IMG/VR virus record: IMGVR_UViG_3300048008_000449
Location: 140,773-204,772 of that record
Length of the DNA: 64,000 nt
Direction: 5' to 3' (one strand)
A program made the position numbers and the translations under genes. The notes under the pieces are model-generated. The model had not been told where the DNA came from. It did no database searches and worked only from the letters and a program-made list of their open reading frames with translations. Below, one piece after another: positions 57,901-64,000 of this stretch. Within the stretch, counting starts at the first letter, position 1; each line of letters opens with the position of its first letter.

Positions 57901-59672
57901 CTTACAACGTCTTTTGCTTCTGCCGCTGTAATTGCATCTGCTTCTGCTGCATCTGCTTTAGATGTTGCGTCTGCTGCCGCTGTTGCGATTGCATCTGCTT
58001 CTGCTGTATCTGCGTATGCTTGTGCTGCCGCTAGTGTTTGAGCATCACCTGTAGTTCTATTAGTTACTTCATTTGCTAACCCAGTTGTTAGAATGCCTTC
58101 AGCTGCTAAAGCACGAGTTTCCTCTGCCGCAATAGCTGTTGCATTAGTTGCGTCACCGTTTGTACGATCACTTGTTTCTGTTGCCAGATCAGTGATTACT
58201 GTGTTAAGTGTTGCAGTTAATACTGAGTCACCATTTTGAAATGCTGTAACGATTTCTGTTAATGAGTCTAAAGCTGCTGGATCAGTATTGCTAATAATGT
58301 TAGCAATGTCTGCTGTGTTGGTTGCAATATTAGTTGCGTTAGTTGCGATATCAGTTACATTAGTTGCAATGTCTGCTGTTGCAGTTGTTACTTCTGTATG
58401 TAGTTCGTTAATCGCTGCACCTAATGAAGTTGCAGTTGTATCAAGTGGTGTATTTGCGATATCACCAACAGTGTCTTCTAGTGCTTGTACTTCTGTTTCC
58501 AGTGTAGTTGCACGTGCTGCCAATGCAGTATCTGCCGCATCACTTGTTGCTGCTCTTGCAACGTCTTTTGCTTCTGCTGCCGCAATTGCGTCTAGCTCAG
58601 CTTGGTCTGCTTTAGCTGTTGCATCTGCTGCCGCTGTTGCGATTGCATCTGCTTCTGCTGTATCTGCGTATGTTTCCATTGCAGTTTGTAGGGCTGTATC
58701 TGCTGCTGCAAAATCAGTTCTGATACTTGTATCAGCTACTGCTCTAGCATTTGCTTCAGTGTTAATGTCTGCCGCGTTAGCTGCTTCAGCGCCTTGTGCT
58801 CTAGTTACTTCAGCTGCTAAGTCAGTTGTTAGCGTTGAAATTTCACCGTCTGTAGTGCTGATTTCAGTTGCTAAACCACTTTGTAGTGTGCTGATGTCGC
58901 CTTCGTTAACTGTAACTCTTGCGTCTAATGCATTGTCGTCAGCTAAACGTGTAGCTGCTTCAGTTGAAATAGCTGCCGCATTTGCCGCTTCAACACCTTG
59001 TGCTCTAGTTGCTTCAGTTGAAATTGCTGTTGCATTTACACCTTCTGCTGCTGTTGCACGTGTTACTTCTGCTGTGATAGCGTTAGCGTTAGCTGTAATA
59101 GCCGCTGTTAATGCACTATCTTGACTTTGGAATTCAGCAACGATCTCACTTAGTGAGTCAAGTGCTGCTGGATCAACGTTTGATACGATGTTATTAATTT
59201 GTGTTTGTAAACCAGCGTCTGCCGCTTTATAAGCTGTGTCAAGTGCAGATTCTGCGCCTGTTGCACGACTTACTTCGGTAGCTAGATCAGTAGTTAATAC
59301 ACCTTCTGCTGCTGTTGCACGAGTAATTTCAGCCGCAATATCATTTGCGTTCTGAGTTTCTGCTGCACGTGCTATAACTGCTTCTGCTGCCACTGCATCA
59401 GAAATATCTGTTGCAACTGCTGCCTGTGCTCTTGCATCTGTAAAATACTTAAACCCAGCATTTTCTGCTAAATCTGAAGTATCAAATGATCCAATTAAAT
59501 CACCAGCTGTTACTTTAGCTAATGATGATGAAGCGTTTGTGTGTACTAAAAGAGTGTCTAGACTGTCGAGAGATACAGAAGCAGTTTGGCCTGAAACTGA
59601 ACTTGCATCTAACTTAGTGTTAAGGACCGACTGATCCGCTAACGCTGGACTCTTAATTTGTCTAAAAGCCAT
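54906..59672 (-). CDS. Long repetitive coiled-coil tail fibre (about 1588 aa)
   Basis: AEVTRATAAEG and NTDPAALDSLTEIV repeats; likely start MAFRQIK at 59672 after GGAG. Confidence 0.8.
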   Translation of the reverse strand: MAFRQIKSPALADQSVLNTKLDASSVSGQTASVSLDSLDTLLVHTNASSSLAKVTAGDLIGSFDTSDLAENAGFKYFTDARAQAAVATDISDAVAAEAVIARAAETQNANDIAAEITRATAAEGVLTTDLATEVSRATGAESALDTAYKAADAGLQTQINNIVSNVDPAALDSLSEIVAEFQSQDSALTAAITANANAITAEVTRATAAEGVNATAISTEATRAQGVEAANAAAISTEAATRLADDNALDARVTVNEGDISTLQSGLATEISTTDGEISTLTTDLAAEVTRAQGAEAANAADINTEANARAVADTSIRTDFAAADTALQTAMETYADTAEADAIATAAADATAKADQAELDAIAAAEAKDVARAATSDAADTALAARATTLETEVQALEDTVGDIANTPLDTTATSLGAAINELHTEVTTATADIATNVTDIATNATNIATNTADIANIISNTDPAALDSLTEIVTAFQNGDSVLTATLNTVITDLATETSDRTNGDATNATAIAAEETRALAAEGILTTGLANEVTNRTTGDAQTLAAAQAYADTAEADAIATAAADATSKADAAEADAITAAEAKDVVRAAAAEAYADQAELDAIASAETYTDAEVLVEKNRALAAEGANTLNITANAGNIATNTADIATNATAISTEATDRAAADTTLDGKITAEATTARAAELANANAITAEETRALAAEGANATAIANEVSRSTTADTTHTNAIAANVVDIATNVSNLNIEIARAQSAEGVLQSNIDVETARIDSILTNTDPAALDSLTEIVSAFQSADSTINGAITSLSSTAATDRAAIRTEFAAADTALDTRLTTEEGNIDALEATMGSATMTTTAQTVTEAINELNTGSSSGIANLQTEVDASQLGAGLNADGTYTAATGSHAIDSATSLKDADNKLDAAILAEKTRAEAAEATLTTNVATNAAGIASNVTDIATNATNIATNVTDIATNASAIQAETVRALAAEGVNANAITAEATTARAAELVNANAIAAETTRATAAEGANATDIANNLTEITATQAGAGLATDGTYTANGSANYISTASTLKDADDKLDAAVNAEETRATAAEGVLTANLANEVTRATNAEAANATAISNEVTRATAAEGVNAAAISTVSTNLTAEVTRATAAEGANATAITNLTSTVNDIISNTDPAALDSLTEIVTAFQNADSTLTGAVAANSTAIGAEETRALAAEAALSQALATEVSDNDTDHAAATTDRAAIRSEFAAADSAQDTVIATKLPLAGGTMSGDVAMGGNMVSGLGTAANPGDAVSKAVLDAAIQSQDISVYTTDDLTEGSNEYYTPAKARAAISVTDTAGNGLATYDSATGVISIDTNESVLDLTDVSDTDYTGKEDFVLRVNSTEDGMELVSPLDIFTSNQRQTIPGDGVATTYSLNFVTDQANSMVFVGGVIQDPVTHYTINSSAQTITFNSALPVGTAAVVVAHISGLQPVLVAGQVTFDKFSADIKAYVQKSSVSATGATTVDSFNGTLYRSAKYVIQVGDANGNYETREALVVHDGTTAYITEYAMVYTGNDLIGDASVTMNGNTVELTYTPTSGSADVKVIATYIDV
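57970..58672. repeat. 49-bp exact direct repeat (57970-58018 and 58624-58672) within the long fibre gene
   Basis: tctgctgccgctgttgcgattgcatctgcttctgctgtatctgcgtatg occurs twice; related copies in the 382-aa and 480-aa genes. Confidence 0.85.
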
Positions 59673-59826
59673 AGAGATTTCTCCAATCAAATATATTTGA
59701 TTTGCATGTAATCTTTACATGCAAAAGTATAACCACAGCTTAACGAGGTTATACTACATAAGGTCATTACAACCTATGCAATGTATTTATTAGATTTGGG
59801 AGTTTATTAAGTAATATGATTATTAT

Positions 59827-61032
59827 TTAGATTGGCATATATCTGAAATCAACAACTGAATTTGCACCTGGTGCTGTTGTGATTGTTAGTGTTGTTCCAT
59901 TTATTGTATATTCTGTTGTTGGTAAAATTGAACCATCAACAATAACTAGAACACTATGTACGCTATGCCCAGCAGGAACTAGATAATCTGTAGTTGTACT
60001 ATCTCCTGTGTATTGACTACTAGTATATATCAAATTTAAATGCTTATTCTCAATACAGTTATTTGGAAATGCTGTAATATTTGCAAAAGAATATCTATAT
60101 TTTACATAAATGTCTGCACCAACATGAGGAGTTACACTAAATGTTAATACTGCACCATTAAGTGAGAACACATCTGGTCTTTGTAATACTTCATCGACAT
60201 AAACATCAATTGCTTCTTCGGTTGCTGGAGTACTATTTAAGGTAAAATCTACTTGTATTCCATCACCTGTAAATTCTTGTGCTGGTTCAATACTTGTAGA
60301 AGGTAATGCTAAATCATTTCTTAGTAAGTTTTCTAAGTTTGTTAATTCTGTACTTGTAGCAAACGCTGTATCTGCATTTTGAAACGCATTAACAATTTCT
60401 GTTAATGAGTCAAGTGCGGCAGGATCTGTATTTGTTAATATGTCTGCTACTTGTGTCTGTAGTGTAGCAATGTCACTATTAATATTAGCAACAACATTTG
60501 GATCACTAACACCAAATTGCCCTGTGTAGACTGCACCACTTATATAAACACTTTTTCCTGTAAAGTCTTTTCCATCTGGTAAGTTATCACCAATAAAGTT
60601 TAATACACCTGATTGATAATCAAAGAACCATTCATCATTATTACCACTACCAGTAACAAATACTTTATTTGCTAAACTTTCTGCATTAGCTGAATCATTG
60701 CTATCATGAATATAAACACTAACAAGATATGTACTACCAAATTCTGGAGTAACCCAATCAGTAACTCCTGTTTTCCAAGTTCGTTTACCTGTTGCTGTAA
60801 TATCTTCAGTTGCTTCAACTGCTGAGTATATGGTTAATACACCCGCTGATGTTGTTGGTTTAACACTTGGTATATCACCAGATTCTGCCCATACTTTATC
60901 ACCACGTAATAAAAGTGGACTTGGAATACTTTCATTGGCCGCTAATTTATTAAATATGGTATCTGTTTTAGTTGCACCATATCCTAACTTTTTAAATAGG
61001 TAGTCAATTTTTTGATTGTCGGAAATAGCCAT
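59827..61032 (-). CDS. Virion structural/fibre-associated protein
   Basis: DPAALDSLTEIV module plus two FTGDG..F.L beta modules. Confidence 0.7.
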   Translation of the reverse strand: MAISDNQKIDYLFKKLGYGATKTDTIFNKLAANESIPSPLLLRGDKVWAESGDIPSVKPTTSAGVLTIYSAVEATEDITATGKRTWKTGVTDWVTPEFGSTYLVSVYIHDSNDSANAESLANKVFVTGSGNNDEWFFDYQSGVLNFIGDNLPDGKDFTGKSVYISGAVYTGQFGVSDPNVVANINSDIATLQTQVADILTNTDPAALDSLTEIVNAFQNADTAFATSTELTNLENLLRNDLALPSTSIEPAQEFTGDGIQVDFTLNSTPATEEAIDVYVDEVLQRPDVFSLNGAVLTFSVTPHVGADIYVKYRYSFANITAFPNNCIENKHLNLIYTSSQYTGDSTTTDYLVPAGHSVHSVLVIVDGSILPTTEYTINGTTLTITTAPGANSVVDFRYMPI

Positions 61033-64000
61033 TAACTAGCTTCTCCTATTTGCAAGTTTGTTATTTCTTGACCACTCGTAAGTGCTATTCTAACTAACAC
61101 AACATTATTAGTTGCATTACTCATATTTTCACTACCTAAAGTCATTGTATAACTATTATCGTTTATTGTACTGTTTGTAGGAATAACATCTGCGCCTGTT
61201 AATGCACAACCGTCAGCACCGTTACCTCCTGTTCCAGTATTACTACCAGGAACACCTACACCTGCATATTGACTTGTACCTTCTAGCCAACCACTTAATC
61301 CACTTGCAGTATCTATACCAGTACCAGGAGATGCAATCCACATACCTGCAATACCATTAGGAGCTGTAAGTCTAATATCAAAGTTAGCAACAACCTGTCT
61401 TTGGAAAGCAAAAGTAAAATATTGTGTTCCAGTATCAGCACTTCTATCTGGACCAACTGGTAAAAATCCTGTGCTATAGTTTGTTGTATTGTGTTCTAAT
61501 TGTCCCCAACGTACTGTTGCTTCTTGTGTTCCACTTACTGCTATTGCACCAGTGAACGGTGTTGCCATATAATCAATAACACTATTAATAGTAGGGGTAT
61601 TTGTATTACCATATGCTACAAAGTCTGCAATACGTATTGCATTGTTTGTGATTACTCCATTACCTAGTGTTGTTGCTACTGGTATATCGTCTTCTATTAC
61701 ACCGCTAGGATTAGCTGTATGTACCTGTACAGAGGTGTTTGTTAGTTCTACATAGTTAGAGCTACCATTAACATTATTTGCTTTAAATTTAAGCGTTTCT
61801 ACTGCCGCTATATTGGATGTAGTAATGTTAATAAGTTGATCTGCTATATTATATGGAGCTGTAAATCCTGTGTTTGAGTTTGGTATACCATTTGTTAAGT
61901 ATGGTGTTGTTCCACTTTCAAGTTCTGCATAGTCTTTGTACTGTGTACTAATTGTTGCACCACTTGTTCCTTCTGAGTTAGTTCCATTAGAAATTTCAAA
62001 TACATTATTTGTATCTCTATATGCTTGACCAATCCAGTCAGTAAGCAGTGCACCAGTTAGTACCAACTGTGGACCACCGGTGTTATAATATGGAATTCCA
62101 GATATGTATCTGTACGTTCCAGGATTATTCTCTGAGAGGATAGAACCAGCAAGGTCAATAGTAGGAACGTTAGTTAAGTCATCACAAATAACTGTTACGT
62201 AATTAGTATTTCCTGTTTCTGTATGCTCTATCCTCTGATCATTTACACCTAGTGAGTATCCACTGAAGTTGTTAGTAATCTTTGAATCAAATGTTTGGTA
62301 AAATCCTGTAGGATAAGTTGACGAACTAATTGTATTATTTGCATCATCTTGTCCACTAATAACTAAGCTACCAAATGTACCGTTTTCGTTTAGGGAAGTA
62401 GTAAAAGATTTTGATCCGCTTGATACTCCGTTAATAATTGCACTAGCTTCTCCACTTAATCCATTATAAGAATTTTGTGCAATTGTTGTGTCAATTGTAC
62501 CATTTGTGTATCTTCTTGCTGTATATGTATCTAAGTCATCACCTGCTGTTAAAGGAGATGTTGAACTATTATCTATAAAGCCGTTAGCTAATTTTGGATC
62601 TATACCTTGCCAAGGGTCTGTTAGTTGAATTGTTTTAGATCCTAATCCTTGTGGAGCTGCTGGTACTGCATTAACTTGGAAAGTTAAACTAGCTGTATCT
62701 GTTTGTGCAGTTATATCCGGTGTTCCACTTGCTGTAAAGTCTAATGTATAATTACCCGGTGCTACTCCTGTAAAGTCATGTTGTACGCTGTTTAGTCCTG
62801 CTTCAACATCATTTGAACTACTGTCATTCCAATTGTATTCGTGACTGTCTCCATTTTGAGTTGTATTGTTTACAGTAACTAATGCTCTGTTTACACCATT
62901 ATAATCTACGCTATCATATACATCGTAAATGTTATCGCCATTGCGATCTGAAACTGTGTTTGCACTACCTGAGATGTTTGCTCTAACATCTGGTTCAACA
63001 TGTATTGTAAATGGTGAACTAGTAAATGGACTGTTTGTGTGTGAACTGATTACTTTTAAGTTTCCTGTGTAATCTCTAGCTACGCCATTTGCTTGGTCTG
63101 AAGCTGATAATGTATATTTGTGATTTATTGTAGTTCCTTGGTCTCCTGAATTTCCAGACCCAGAATTTACTGTTTGAATACTTCCATCACCAAAGTCCCA
63201 TTCATATGTTATTCCATAGTTGTTATAACTTCCTACAGTTGCTTCTGTATTATTTGTAAATGTTACGTTTAATCCATTAACTGAATCTTCATTAATACCT
63301 GTTGTTATATCAGATGTTGTATCTGGTGTATGTGTATCATAAATTTTAAATGATGCTGTATCATCTAATGGTAATATACCTGGTGTTGCTGAACTATGTA
63401 CATCTAGTGTTAGTGTTACGTTACGAGTAACATCAATTTCTGTGCCGGGCTGGAATGTGTGAGCTATTCTAGCACCGGCACTACCACCTGTGACTGTGTC
63501 GTCATTAATAACATCATCTGCAAGACCGTCACCCCAGGACCAAGTATATTGGACTGTTGCCGCGGTTGCATTTGTTGTAGTATTTTGGAAGTAGACAGTA
63601 TCACCGTCATTCCAAGTGGTAATCTGATTTCCGCCTGTAAGTGAATCCCATGCTTGAAAACTTACTGCTGGGTCGGCGGTAAAAATTGTTATATAATCTT
63701 CTTTTGTTTTGCTTATAGTGCTACCTGCACCAGTACCATTATTATTAAATGCTGTTACTGCTACATCAAAAGGAGATCCTGAATTTGTTGCGTATGTATG
63801 TGTAGGTGTGCTGTCGGTTGTCGCTGTAGTTGTATTTCCATCTCCCCAACTAATAGTATATCTATTTGGGTTACCTTCTGTACTAATAACTAGAGTTGTT
63901 GTTAAGCCTGCTCCACCTGTTGTTATGTTTGCGTTAAAATCAATAGACTTAACATAAGTATTATTTCTTACGTTTTCAATTGTTTCATAAACATCTGTTA
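61032..64000 (-). CDS. Large PKD/Ig-repeat virion protein, 5' end beyond the window (at least 988 aa)
   Basis: Frame read by hand as open from 63998 to 61032; SWGDG, WSWGDG and WDFGDG PKD motifs. Confidence 0.8.
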   Translation of the reverse strand, partial: TDVYETIENVRNNTYVKSIDFNANITTGGAGLTTTLVISTEGNPNRYTISWGDGNTTTATTDSTPTHTYATNSGSPFDVAVTAFNNNGTGAGSTISKTKEDYITIFTADPAVSFQAWDSLTGGNQITTWNDGDTVYFQNTTTNATAATVQYTWSWGDGLADDVINDDTVTGGSAGARIAHTFQPGTEIDVTRNVTLTLDVHSSATPGILPLDDTASFKIYDTHTPDTTSDITTGINEDSVNGLNVTFTNNTEATVGSYNNYGITYEWDFGDGSIQTVNSGSGNSGDQGTTINHKYTLSASDQANGVARDYTGNLKVISSHTNSPFTSSPFTIHVEPDVRANISGSANTVSDRNGDNIYDVYDSVDYNGVNRALVTVNNTTQNGDSHEYNWNDSSSNDVEAGLNSVQHDFTGVAPGNYTLDFTASGTPDITAQTDTASLTFQVNAVPAAPQGLGSKTIQLTDPWQGIDPKLANGFIDNSSTSPLTAGDDLDTYTARRYTNGTIDTTIAQNSYNGLSGEASAIINGVSSGSKSFTTSLNENGTFGSLVISGQDDANNTISSSTYPTGFYQTFDSKITNNFSGYSLGVNDQRIEHTETGNTNYVTVICDDLTNVPTIDLAGSILSENNPGTYRYISGIPYYNTGGPQLVLTGALLTDWIGQAYRDTNNVFEISNGTNSEGTSGATISTQYKDYAELESGTTPYLTNGIPNSNTGFTAPYNIADQLINITTSNIAAVETLKFKANNVNGSSNYVELTNTSVQVHTANPSGVIEDDIPVATTLGNGVITNNAIRIADFVAYGNTNTPTINSVIDYMATPFTGAIAVSGTQEATVRWGQLEHNTTNYSTGFLPVGPDRSADTGTQYFTFAFQRQVVANFDIRLTAPNGIAGMWIASPGTGIDTASGLSGWLEGTSQYAGVGVPGSNTGTGGNGADGCALTGADVIPTNSTINDNSYTMTLGSENMSNATNNVVLVRIALTSGQEITNLQIGEAS

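Noticed and set aside
52790-59124. Long plus-strand ORFs (135-348 aa) opposite the fibre genes
   Set aside because: Antisense shadows of Ala/Thr-rich codons with no RBS or promoter; the same applies to most short plus-strand ORFs in the track
55900-59400. CRISPR array or DGR template/variable repeats
   Set aside because: Repeats are in-frame coding repeats, with no unique spacers, no adenine-specific mismatch pattern noticed and no reverse transcriptase or cas gene in the window
61032-62066. ORF track start at 62066, suggesting a stop or frameshift upstream
   Set aside because: The frame reads open to the window end; it simply has no in-frame ATG/GTG/TTG for about 640 codons
1-64000. Stop-codon reassignment
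   Set aside because: Core genes are full length in the standard code and TAA, TAG and TGA all end genes with tight packing

Overview
64 kb of an AT-rich, large T4-like myovirus genome in the standard genetic code, probably marine, with an alphaproteobacterial host inferred only loosely from the short SbmA. Nearly all genes are on the minus strand. Order along the window: head-internal or scaffold-like proteins with repeated (L/V/I)xE maturation sites and a ligase-fold protein (1-5.6 kb); a replication and recombination block with helicase, primase, a 194-aa Pol III alpha core fragment, a gp62-like protein, UvsW, an AAA ATPase, UvsY, UvsX and gp32 (5.6-19.4 kb); packaging, tail and neck genes (gp17, gp4, gp19, gp18, gp13, and gp14/gp15 inverted); and repeat-rich tail fibres plus a PKD protein (50.5-64 kb). 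Interleaved with these is a large set of putative modification enzymes: six cupin/2OG-Fe(II) hydroxylase-like proteins, two GT2-like glycosyltransferases, two GT-like/SAM-like fusion paralogues, sulfotransferase-like, SGNH-like and flavin halogenase-like proteins, and an SbmA/BacA transporter. Two promoter classes are readable directly: sigma70-type TTGACA-17-TATACT and about 20 T4-late-like ATAAATA boxes. Best leads: (1) a 73-aa peptide or mini-adhesin heading a glycosylation/hydroxylation operon; (2) an operon joining UvsW, a degenerate stand-alone Hint-like protein, a 28-aa membrane peptide and the minimal Pol III alpha core; (3) systematic leaderless genes; (4) a promoter family with a palindrome in the spacer; (5) multi-hairpin RNA leaders on the fibre genes and gp32. 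All family calls come from motif recognition by eye; no searches were run.
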